Source: a virus
Length of the DNA stretch: 64,000 bases
Strand: one strand, 5' to 3'
Virus record (IMG/VR): IMGVR_UViG_3300018080_000148
Span: 1 to 64,000 of that record
Under the pieces are notes generated by a model, which was not told the DNA's origin, did not search any database, and saw only the letters and a program-made list of their open reading frames with translations. A program made the translations under genes and the position numbers. Of this stretch, positions 47,445 through 55,155 are shown in pieces; position 1 is the stretch's first letter, and every line of letters starts with the position of its first letter.

Positions 47445-48200
47445 TCAGCACATGTTGATGGGATTTTGACCCTTGGTGAACTCTCGGGCGACCGCTTCTT
47501 CGATGGGCTGAATGTTGAAGGCGTCAATCAAATAGCCCCGATTACCGCTCAAGCCGATAACCAAGGGATCAATCACTCTCGGCGGCGGCGGGATTCGTCT
47601 CTTTTCGATGTCCTCGTGGTAAGTCCACTTGTCAGCCTCTTCGATCAGGACCACGCTGTCGAATTTGTCTTTATGCGTCCTGATTTTTTGTCGGACTTCA
47701 TGAGGGATCACACCACTGAAACGACGGTAGATTTGAGTGGTGGCCCTAACCTGTACGAACGGGGTCCATCCGGTTCTTCTGCGAAGCCGCTTGGCACGCA
47801 GTTCCAGTCGCTTGACCACATCCTTGAAGTATTCGTCCAACACACTGGGGGGAGAGGTGGTGTGGGAGGAGGAGCCTCTGTCACGAAATTCCACCCTGAA
47901 ACGACAGACCCCTTGGGGGTTTTCGTAGCTGCCTCTTCCGAAGATGTTGTAAACGGCGAAAGTCGGCCATGGGCCTCGTCGCATCTTCAAGAAACTCATG
48001 TCGATGGGGTTGAATTGTTGAGCAAGCTGAAAGTCAGCAATAGCGGCAGCCACTTGTTCTTCGGCGGCTGCTTCGACTGGAAGCATGTCTCTTCGCAGCC
48101 GCTTGAGGGATTCTAGGTCGTTTCCTGGGGCTTTATCACCCACGTGGGTTGTTTGGATCTGGGCGATCATGGCACCGGGTTTGGGGGTAGTAGCAAACAT
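47445..48200 (-). CDS. Hypothetical protein
   Basis: AAGGAG RBS before MFATTP; C-terminal DPLVIG motif. Confidence 0.7.
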   Translation of the reverse strand: MFATTPKPGAMIAQIQTTHVGDKAPGNDLESLKRLRRDMLPVEAAAEEQVAAAIADFQLAQQFNPIDMSFLKMRRGPWPTFAVYNIFGRGSYENPQGVCRFRVEFRDRGSSSHTTSPPSVLDEYFKDVVKRLELRAKRLRRRTGWTPFVQVRATTQIYRRFSGVIPHEVRQKIRTHKDKFDSVVLIEEADKWTYHEDIEKRRIPPPPRVIDPLVIGLSGNRGYLIDAFNIQPIEEAVAREFTKGQNPINMC

Positions 48201-48235
48201 AACGCACTCCTTCACATGGGGCTGGGGAAAAACAG

Positions 48236-48321
48236 TGGCCGAGGCGGGACTTGAACCCGCACGGGCGTTACCGCCCACAGGATTTTAAATCCTGAGTGTC
48301 TGCCAATTCCACCACTCGGCC
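48236..48321 (-). tRNA. tRNA-Leu(UAA), CCA not encoded
   Basis: GGCCGAG acceptor stem, GGAAUUGGCAGAC D-arm, CAGGA-UUUAAAA-UCCUG anticodon arm, long variable arm, GGUUCAAGUCC T-arm. Confidence 0.95.
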
Positions 48322-48771
48322 CAACACTTTCGCTCGCAACTCTTCGAGTGTCATGTCGTGGTCTTTCTTGACCTCATTACACCGACTGCACAGTAGTTGC
48401 AAGTTGGACTCTTCTGTTTTGCCGCCTTTGGACTTGGGGGTTATATGATCCATGGTCATCAGGACCGCTCTGCCGCTCTTAAACACTCCATAGAGGTTGA
48501 AGTGAGGCGGTCTAGCACCACTGGATTCCAGCCAGAAAAACTTGCCTTCGACACCACAGCACGCACACTTTTGGGTGCGGCCCAAAAGCTTCATGCGTTC
48601 ACCACTCATTTTCACATTGAAAGTTCGCCATTGACCATCAACCTGCGCACGAACCTTCCACCGTTTTGGCCCAATCCGATTGAGAACCGGGCTGAGCCAA
48701 AACTTGGCAATTCGCTTCATCCCTCTCGGGGTGGGGTCTTGGAGTTTTCTCATAGCGGGCCAATGCATCAT
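48268..48771 (-). CDS. HNH endonuclease
   Basis: CACC...TMDHITPKSKGG...NLQLLCSRCN; ATGA coupling; the 3' end runs into tRNA-Leu. Confidence 0.85.
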   Translation of the reverse strand: MMHWPAMRKLQDPTPRGMKRIAKFWLSPVLNRIGPKRWKVRAQVDGQWRTFNVKMSGERMKLLGRTQKCACCGVEGKFFWLESSGARPPHFNLYGVFKSGRAVLMTMDHITPKSKGGKTEESNLQLLCSRCNEVKKDHDMTLEELRAKVLGRVVELADTQDLKSCGR

Positions 48772-49241
48772 TCCATTCCTTGTGCGATCTTTACCTCGTT
48801 GAGCAGTTCTTCGGACCAGACGGTCCACGTAGGGTCTGACCAGGGCGGGTCTTTGTTGATGTCGTCGGGATTGACTTTGAGCACACAGTAGTCACCATTT
48901 TCCACCTGATGAAACTCAATGATTTTGACGTTTTTCTTGTAGTCGTTGCTTACATCATAGGCAGCAAGCGGACGACCGGTTTTCCCTTCTTTTACAACCG
49001 GCTCTCCCAATCGCAAATTGCCATCCTCCATAACCCGCACTGTCTGGGCGGTAAAACCCAATTCAGTGTGAGGAAGCATAATTGCCCGCTCAATGTCGTC
49101 CGGTTCTTGGACGTAGTAGTTGCCGTCCTCATAGCGGCATTTGGTTTTTTCTGGCTGTTGTGTTCGCAGGTAGAAAACTGTTGCAAGAACGATCAACAGG
49201 GCCATGACGGCGAAAGTGAGGCCATTACGTAGCTTCGTCAT
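48768..49241 (-). CDS. Membrane-anchored hypothetical protein
   Basis: N-terminal TM segment LTFAVMALLIVLATVFY. Confidence 0.65.
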   Translation of the reverse strand: MTKLRNGLTFAVMALLIVLATVFYLRTQQPEKTKCRYEDGNYYVQEPDDIERAIMLPHTELGFTAQTVRVMEDGNLRLGEPVVKEGKTGRPLAAYDVSNDYKKNVKIIEFHQVENGDYCVLKVNPDDINKDPPWSDPTWTVWSEELLNEVKIAQGME

Positions 49242-49581
49242 CCTTCACCTCCTCAAAATGTTTCCCTTTATCTAAGTAAGCCAACTCCCTGATCCAATGG
49301 AGAAAATTGTGTCCGCCATGTTCTCCGGTTTTGAGAAAGTGTTGCTGCTTTGGGGTCCAAGCTTCATCGCCTTCGGGTTCTTCATCTTCACCAACAACTT
49401 CCCACACCTTTTCCTCTCGCCAGAATGGTGGATCAAAAACCCAAGAATGTCCACAATTCCAGCAGGTGATGCCCTCACAGACAAATTCTGTATCGTCCCG
49501 CTCGTCGAACTTGCCTTGATAGGCCCAGTTCGCCTTTTTGCACTCAGGGCACCAATCTTTAACCCACATGGAACCGTTCAT
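49225..49581 (-). CDS. Hypothetical Zn-ribbon protein
   Basis: CPEC...CWNC; ATGA coupling. Confidence 0.6.
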   Translation of the reverse strand: MNGSMWVKDWCPECKKANWAYQGKFDERDDTEFVCEGITCWNCGHSWVFDPPFWREEKVWEVVGEDEEPEGDEAWTPKQQHFLKTGEHGGHNFLHWIRELAYLDKGKHFEEVKDDEAT

Positions 49582-49793
49582 GCAACTTTCTCCGGGTATT
49601 TCTTGCCACAGATTGGGCAGTAGGTGGGGACTACGGTGATGGGTTTTTTGCGTTTCTTCTTGTCGATTTTTTCCACCGCCAGCAGGGGCAGTGACCGCAT
49701 CCTGCCCCGCTCGAAGTCCATTTGCATGGTCGTCACAATGCGGGTGTTGTAATCTTCGAGGGCTTCTTGGGTTTTTTCCAAGCAATCACACAT
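49578..49793 (-). CDS. Small Zn-finger protein
   Basis: MCDC...YCPICGKK. Confidence 0.65.
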   Translation of the reverse strand: MCDCLEKTQEALEDYNTRIVTTMQMDFERGRMRSLPLLAVEKIDKKKRKKPITVVPTYCPICGKKYPEKVA

Positions 49794-51162
49794 CTTCGTC
49801 TTCCTTGTTCTTCTCTTTAAGTTCCTTGGCCCACTCGGAGAAGTTTTCTTTGCTCAAATCGTCGTCCGTCGTGTCGGCAAAGTCCTGTAGCATTTCCGCA
49901 ACGCTGGAAAAGGGACCGTGCATTTCAGCCGTCCCTTCTTTTATCTCGTCCATGCGATCATGCATCTCTTCCAAGAACGCCTTATTGTCTTCGGGACCAC
50001 CATGAAAGCTAATGTCCCAATAAACGGCGTCAATGATTTCTAGAAGAGTGAAGGGGTAGTGGCACTTCAGATGCAGAGTGTTTTTGCCTAAATCTGAAAC
50101 CCACTCACGCACTTCCATTTCTGTGTTGATGGAGAGAGGGAGATGGACCAATTCGTTCACAGGCGTGTAAGAAACGCCGTAATTTTGTTCTTCGGGCGGC
50201 TCGTCTCCGGTTTCTGCGTAGTGCTTCAATAGGTCTTCGTCGCAGGGGCCGAGGCCGTGGAAGTCGTAGTTGAGATCGAGCGACACACGATGAGCACGGG
50301 ATTTGTTCTTCTCTACCCAACGGTGAACTTCTCCAGTGCGATAAATCTCCAGGCGGTTTACCACCGTGTCCGGTTCACACGGCTCTTTGGCCTGCGCATG
50401 AAATTCGTCGATGGCTCGGCACCACGAGTAACAAGAGATGAACTGTTTGAGATCTTCGTGAGCCTCAACGAAGTTGAACAGATCCCCCAGCGTCATGCCA
50501 TCCACGTTGCACGTGTGCATCAAGTAGTTGATGGGATTGAAGATTTGCTCACCATCTTCATTGAACAACCCTTGCGGCATCAAAACCAACGATTTTTCGG
50601 AGTGGCTGCCGAAAAGGTGGTAGAGAAGATCAAGTAGGGTATATCCCCACTCGCTCGTGATCGTTTCCTTGCCGCAGAACAGTTCTACCTTTTCGTCGAT
50701 CTTCAACGGAGCGTAGGGGTGGAGACAGGGAGTGTGATCGCTATCGTAGGTGGTTTTTAAAATCCCATCCTTGACTTCGAGTTTCTGAAAGAGGGTGATC
50801 GGGTCGTCGGAGATGGGGCCGGGTAATTCGTGGTAGATGTCGAAACCGGGCAAAAACCAGCCGGTTAGCCCCAAGAGAAGATCGTCGCCTTCCACAATTT
50901 CCATGATGTCACGAACGGAGACATCTTCAGTGAATTTGATGGGGTCACGCAGAGCGGCCCAGGTGTTTTTGGGCGGACTCTCTACGTCGAAGAAGAATTC
51001 CTCGACCTCTTCTTTGTCGGGCGTGGCCGAGACCACTTCCTTGGTCTCGTCGTTGATGACGGCCCAGAGGTTGCCCTGCTTCTTGACCGTGTGATCGCCT
51101 CGGCGATCAGAATTCCATCTACGGAGGGTCAGTCCGTTGCGTGCTATCTGAAGATTTCTCAT
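49786..51162 (-). CDS. Hypothetical protein (458 aa)
   Basis: Long ORF coupled to both neighbours. Confidence 0.75.
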   Translation of the reverse strand: MRNLQIARNGLTLRRWNSDRRGDHTVKKQGNLWAVINDETKEVVSATPDKEEVEEFFFDVESPPKNTWAALRDPIKFTEDVSVRDIMEIVEGDDLLLGLTGWFLPGFDIYHELPGPISDDPITLFQKLEVKDGILKTTYDSDHTPCLHPYAPLKIDEKVELFCGKETITSEWGYTLLDLLYHLFGSHSEKSLVLMPQGLFNEDGEQIFNPINYLMHTCNVDGMTLGDLFNFVEAHEDLKQFISCYSWCRAIDEFHAQAKEPCEPDTVVNRLEIYRTGEVHRWVEKNKSRAHRVSLDLNYDFHGLGPCDEDLLKHYAETGDEPPEEQNYGVSYTPVNELVHLPLSINTEMEVREWVSDLGKNTLHLKCHYPFTLLEIIDAVYWDISFHGGPEDNKAFLEEMHDRMDEIKEGTAEMHGPFSSVAEMLQDFADTTDDDLSKENFSEWAKELKEKNKEDEDV

Positions 51163-52001
51163 CCGTGATTCCCACTTTCTCCAAAAACCAAATGGCGGAC
51201 AGATTGTCCAGTATCTTTCAATTCTCGGAGAGATTCAATCCCTATTTGCAGGTGTTGTGAGGTGAACTGTTGGGTCACTTCGTCATCCCCCTTGTCCGTT
51301 TTTACGCCTTCGGGGGTCATAGGCATGTCCGAGCATAGTAGGAAGGCGCTGTGCGGGATGTGATTGGCGAAGCTGACGATAAAGAAGGTTGCCGTCTCCA
51401 TGTCAATGCCGATACACCGAAGTGAATGGAGATACTCCTTGAACTTCTCGTCATGCTCCCACAGTCGGCGGTTCGTTGTGTAAACCATGCCGGTGTGGTA
51501 AGCAAGTCCGTTGTCAGTGATGACGTGAGCGGTAGCCTGCATCATCTGGAAAGATGGTAGGGCTGGAACCTCGGGTGGATAGTAGCTGTCGGATGTACCC
51601 TCGCCACGGATAGCGGCAATAGGAAGGATGAAGTCGCCGACGTTCACAAACTCTCTCAATCCTCCGCACTTGCCCAAGAACAACACAGCCTTGGGGTGGA
51701 CCACCGATAGAAGGTCGCATAGGGTTGCCGCCATTGGCGAACCCATGCCAAAGTTGATGATCGTGATGCCGTCCGCTGATGTGGCGGTTTGCATGGGATT
51801 GCCAAGACCACGCATCTGACAATCCTCAACCAGGGCGAACTCCTTCACATAGGAAATAAAATTGGTAACGAGGATATACCGGCCAAACCCATCCAAGGGC
51901 GTGTCGGTGTAGCGAGGCAGCCAATTTTCTGCTATTTCACTTTTGGTCTTCACTGTCGCAAAACCCTTCGCCCAAGACATCGAATTCGTGGGTGTAACCA
52001 T
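51159..52001 (-). CDS. amn: AMP nucleosidase (short PNP-fold type); alternative GTG start at 51953
   Basis: NWLPRYT, YILVTNF, INFGMGS, FLGKCGGL, AAIRGEGTS, TTNRRLWE, IDMETAT and PEGVKT motifs. Confidence 0.9.
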   Translation of the reverse strand: MVTPTNSMSWAKGFATVKTKSEIAENWLPRYTDTPLDGFGRYILVTNFISYVKEFALVEDCQMRGLGNPMQTATSADGITIINFGMGSPMAATLCDLLSVVHPKAVLFLGKCGGLREFVNVGDFILPIAAIRGEGTSDSYYPPEVPALPSFQMMQATAHVITDNGLAYHTGMVYTTNRRLWEHDEKFKEYLHSLRCIGIDMETATFFIVSFANHIPHSAFLLCSDMPMTPEGVKTDKGDDEVTQQFTSQHLQIGIESLRELKDTGQSVRHLVFGESGNHG

Positions 52002-52115
52002 TTAACCCACGCTCTTGCCAGCAACCACAATCCCAGCGAACAGTGTCGCCTTCGTCGTAATTGATGATAATCCCCGTGCGGCAGTTGCCGCACGGGGATT
52101 CGGTGTTCATGAATT

Positions 52116-52427
52116 TCATTTTGGTCGTCTCGGAGGCTTTTTACCTTGCTTGTGGTTCGCCAGCAATTTCAAAAAAGCTTTGGCAAAAGCTGGCGGCAGT
52201 TCAACTTTTTGGCTCAGAAGGCCCATTGTCCCCTTCATGAGGGTGCCGTTACAGCCAAAATTGCAAATGTCGATTCCGCCATCCTCGAAGAGGTAGAAGT
52301 CGTACCAATTTCCTTCTACTTCGATTTCACCGAGAAATGTGGATGGGTTGGTTGGGTCGTAGCCAAACCGCTCGATTTTCAATGCCCGCTGTTCTTCCGG
52401 TGTCATTTGATTCCAGGGCTTTTCCAT
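52116..52427 (-). CDS. Hypothetical protein
   Basis: AAGGAG RBS, 103 aa. Confidence 0.6.
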   Translation of the reverse strand: MEKPWNQMTPEEQRALKIERFGYDPTNPSTFLGEIEVEGNWYDFYLFEDGGIDICNFGCNGTLMKGTMGLLSQKVELPPAFAKAFLKLLANHKQGKKPPRRPK

Positions 52428-52478
52428 TGCGGGGTTCTCCTTGTGGAAATTGTAGCCCAGGAAGAGTGAATTGTAAAC

Positions 52479-52670
52479 GAGAGTCCCCGTAAGCCGGATT
52501 CTGTTCTATGCCGCCATTTATCTGTTGGCCACTACCCGGCGTCACAGGGTTGCTCACCCCCTCAGCCTGTTTGTGTTGCAACCTGGGTGGTGTGTGCGGG
52601 CGATGCCCTCCCACCGTGAGCAATGTTGTCCGGACTTTCCTCACCGAAGTGCGGCGGCTCGGGACTACTC
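52479..52670 (-). ncRNA. rnpB: Miniaturised RNase P RNA
   Basis: GAGGAAAGUCCGG (52630-52642), ACAGAAUCCGGCUUA (52490-52504), AGAUAAAUG, GGGUAG, P1/P2/P3 pairings and upstream TATACT. Confidence 0.88.
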
Positions 52671-52678
52671 TTAGACAC

Positions 52679-52684
52679 AGTATA
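52679..52684 (-). promoter_or_regulatory. -10 element for the RNase P-like RNA
   Basis: TATACT about 8 nt upstream of the P1 5' strand. Confidence 0.5.
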
Positions 52685-52704
52685 GCGGAAAAGGTTCGCC
52701 TCCC

Positions 52705-53844
52705 CTACTTCCCTTCCTCTTCCCCCTTACGACCGGAGGTTTGCTGTAAGTCGTGTGGCCGCAATTCTTTGCGGCATGCATGAACAGCAGCGGCAATCAC
52801 CTGATGCATGTCGTAGTATTTGTAGGTTCCCAGCCGTCCACCAAAGATTACATCGGGCTCTTGCTTGGCAGCCTCCTGGTACTTTTTGCACAAGGCGTTG
52901 TTCTGTTCGTCGTTGATCGGGTAATACCGGGGTTCTCCCGGCTTCCATTCTTGCGGGTACTCGAATGTGAAGACGGTCTTCTCTTGTGTGCCGAACTCGA
53001 AGTGCTTGTGTTCAATGATCCGGGTGTGTTGCTTTTCTTCTTCGGTGTAGTTGACAACAGCGTTGCCCTGCATGTCTCCGGTAGACGTTACGTGTGTAAA
53101 CCTTAGAGAACGATACTCCAAAGGACCGTGCATGTACATGAAGAACTCATCGATGGGGCCAGTGAACACCAACTTCTTGGCCAACCTCTGCCAATCTTCC
53201 CCTGGGGTGAATTTGCAATTCAGTTCAAGGTCAATGCCCTTTAGCATCTTTTCAACGATTTGGGTATAACCGCCGATAGGGATGCCCTGGTATCTATCCT
53301 TGTAGTAGTTGTCGTCATAAGTCAGTCGGATCGGCAATCGTTTTATGATGAAAGCTGGCAACTCCTTGGGATCTCGGCCCCACTGTTTCTTCGTGTACCC
53401 TCGAATGAATATTTCGTAGATCTCTTCGCCAACCTGAGACAGAGCCCATTCCTCTAAGTTGCTGGGGTTTTCACACGGCACACGGACAGACGCCAGTTTC
53501 TTTTCCGCTTCTTCTGGAGATCCCACGCCCCATAATTGATGGAGGGTCAATAGGTTTATGGGGAAGGAGTACATTCTTCTCTTGTATCTTACCTTTGGGC
53601 GGTTGACGAAGTGGTTGAACTCGGCGAACCGGTTTACGTAGTTCCAGATTTCGTAGCTGTTGGTATGAAAGATGTGAGGTCCGTGGCAATGTACGTTGAT
53701 GCCGCCAACGTTTCTCGTATAGATGTGCCCAGCCACATGCTTGCCTCTTTCCCAAACAAGGACTTTTTTGCCATTCATTGCCATTTCATGGGCGAAGGTG
53801 GCACCGTATAGTCCTGCGCCCACTACAAGATAGTCGTATTTCAT
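52705..53844 (-). CDS. glf: UDP-galactopyranose mutase
   Basis: VVGAGLYG, GPHIFHT, YTKKQWG, YQGIP.GGY, LEYRSL, YYPIN and GRLGTYKYYDM motifs. Confidence 0.96.
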   Translation of the reverse strand: MKYDYLVVGAGLYGATFAHEMAMNGKKVLVWERGKHVAGHIYTRNVGGINVHCHGPHIFHTNSYEIWNYVNRFAEFNHFVNRPKVRYKRRMYSFPINLLTLHQLWGVGSPEEAEKKLASVRVPCENPSNLEEWALSQVGEEIYEIFIRGYTKKQWGRDPKELPAFIIKRLPIRLTYDDNYYKDRYQGIPIGGYTQIVEKMLKGIDLELNCKFTPGEDWQRLAKKLVFTGPIDEFFMYMHGPLEYRSLRFTHVTSTGDMQGNAVVNYTEEEKQHTRIIEHKHFEFGTQEKTVFTFEYPQEWKPGEPRYYPINDEQNNALCKKYQEAAKQEPDVIFGGRLGTYKYYDMHQVIAAAVHACRKELRPHDLQQTSGRKGEEEGK

Positions 53845-53877
53845 ATTTAATAATTTCACCTTCTGCTATATACAATC

Positions 53878-54567
53878 ATGATAGATATGACGCACAATTT
53901 TTTCGATTCACATCCGGATTTTTATGAGGGCGACTATGCCAACCAACCTGAGGCTATGTCTCTTAGGTTCAAGGCCATCATTGGCGACAATGTTGAAATT
54001 ATACGAGGAGCCAGAATAGTTGACCTTGGCTTTTTTGATGGACGGTGGGGTTTTGCCGCATTAAAGAACGGAGCCCAGTTCGTTAGGGGGTACGATGCCA
54101 GAAAAGAAAACCTAGATCGAGCAAAGCATTTGTTCGAGAAGTATGGCATGAAGAACTATGAATTTGTACAACTCAATTTAGATACGCATCCAGAGGGAAT
54201 TGTCGGCCACTACGATGTGGCGTTTGTTTTGGGGTTGATTTATCACACGGCAAATCACTTGTCGCTATTGAGTCACATAGTAGATACTGGCGTGAAACAC
54301 ATTATTGTTGATTCCAATGTTATACGCAGTAATAAACCCACCGTGCTGTTGAAGTGGGAGAACACAAGCAAGTTGGCGTGTGGTTTTTCTGAAGTCGCAA
54401 CAGTCCCCGTCGCTGTTCCGTCTGTAGGATCTCTTAAGCTGCTATTGAGCTATTTTGGCTTTAATCAATTGAGGTTTTTTGATTGGAGCAACATCCCCAA
54501 AAGCAACATAAGATCACTGGCTAAATATCGCAAAGGTGAACGAGTCACATTCGTGGCTTCTAAATGA
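53878..54567 (+). CDS. Class I SAM-dependent methyltransferase
   Basis: IVDLGFFDGRW and YDVAFVLGLIYH motifs. Confidence 0.85.
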   Translation: MIDMTHNFFDSHPDFYEGDYANQPEAMSLRFKAIIGDNVEIIRGARIVDLGFFDGRWGFAALKNGAQFVRGYDARKENLDRAKHLFEKYGMKNYEFVQLNLDTHPEGIVGHYDVAFVLGLIYHTANHLSLLSHIVDTGVKHIIVDSNVIRSNKPTVLLKWENTSKLACGFSEVATVPVAVPSVGSLKLLLSYFGFNQLRFFDWSNIPKSNIRSLAKYRKGERVTFVASK

Positions 54568-54596
54568 AAAAGCCGTCGCCCAAAAGGGCGACGGCT
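54567..54596. terminator. Hairpin terminator
   Basis: AGCCGTCGCCC-AAAA-GGGCGACGGCT flanked by A- and T-rich runs. Confidence 0.8.
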
Positions 54597-54606
54597 GTTA
54601 TTTTCT

Positions 54607-54730
54607 AGGGGCCAGTTTTGACATTGCCCACGCTGAACTGAGCAGGATCACCCTCCTGGCCCCTGACCCCATTCCCGATAAGAATCGAGGTTCTAAGTAA
54701 ATGGTCGGGTTCAGCGAACCCAGTTCGGGC
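54607..54730 (-). ncRNA. Candidate pseudoknotted ncRNA
   Basis: Crossing helices CGCUGAAC/GUUCAGCG and AGGGGCCAG/CUGGCCCCU; ATACATA upstream and a terminator downstream. Confidence 0.55.
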
Positions 54731-54765
54731 TGTTCTATCTTATGTATCCCTATTATATCAGATTC

Positions 54766-55116
54766 TCAGTGAATCCGAATCACAATCCCGCTTCCGTTGT
54801 AGTACCAGAAAAAGTTTGGGGGATACGGCTTGTAGTAATACGGGTTGATGTAATACGGGTGCGGGTACGGTCGTGGTGCAGGTCGATACCAATGGTGATG
54901 GTAGAAATGTGGATTCAATCCATGCCTTTGAAAACCAGGGTAGTACCCATGGTGGTTCATAAATGTGGCAGCCTTTTTGGGCGCATGAGTTGATGGCGTA
55001 GGTGGCTTTGGGAAATGCGCAGAAGCTCTTGGGTGTCTCACCGTTTGGGCTGCCGCCACTCCACCAAATAAAATTGCGACTGCAATGAATGCCGCTATTG
55101 CGTAAATCATTTTCAT
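54766..55116 (-). CDS. Secreted His/Tyr/Pro-rich protein
   Basis: Signal peptide ending AAA; low-complexity H/Y/P tail; AAGGA RBS. Confidence 0.7.
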   Translation of the reverse strand: MKMIYAIAAFIAVAILFGGVAAAQTVRHPRASAHFPKPPTPSTHAPKKAATFMNHHGYYPGFQRHGLNPHFYHHHWYRPAPRPYPHPYYINPYYYKPYPPNFFWYYNGSGIVIRIH

Positions 55117-55155
55117 ATTTATCCTTTCTGTTCGCAGTTCTATATATTGTTGACA

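Noticed and set aside
47445-48278. Long N-terminal extensions given by the ORF track for 47445-48278 and 56121-56546
   Set aside because: The extensions are tRNA sequence; good RBS-ATG starts lie downstream at 48200 and 56462.
52327-52783. ORFs 52327-52644 (-) and 52508-52783 (+)
   Set aside because: No RBS or recognisable motifs; both overlap the RNase P-like RNA.
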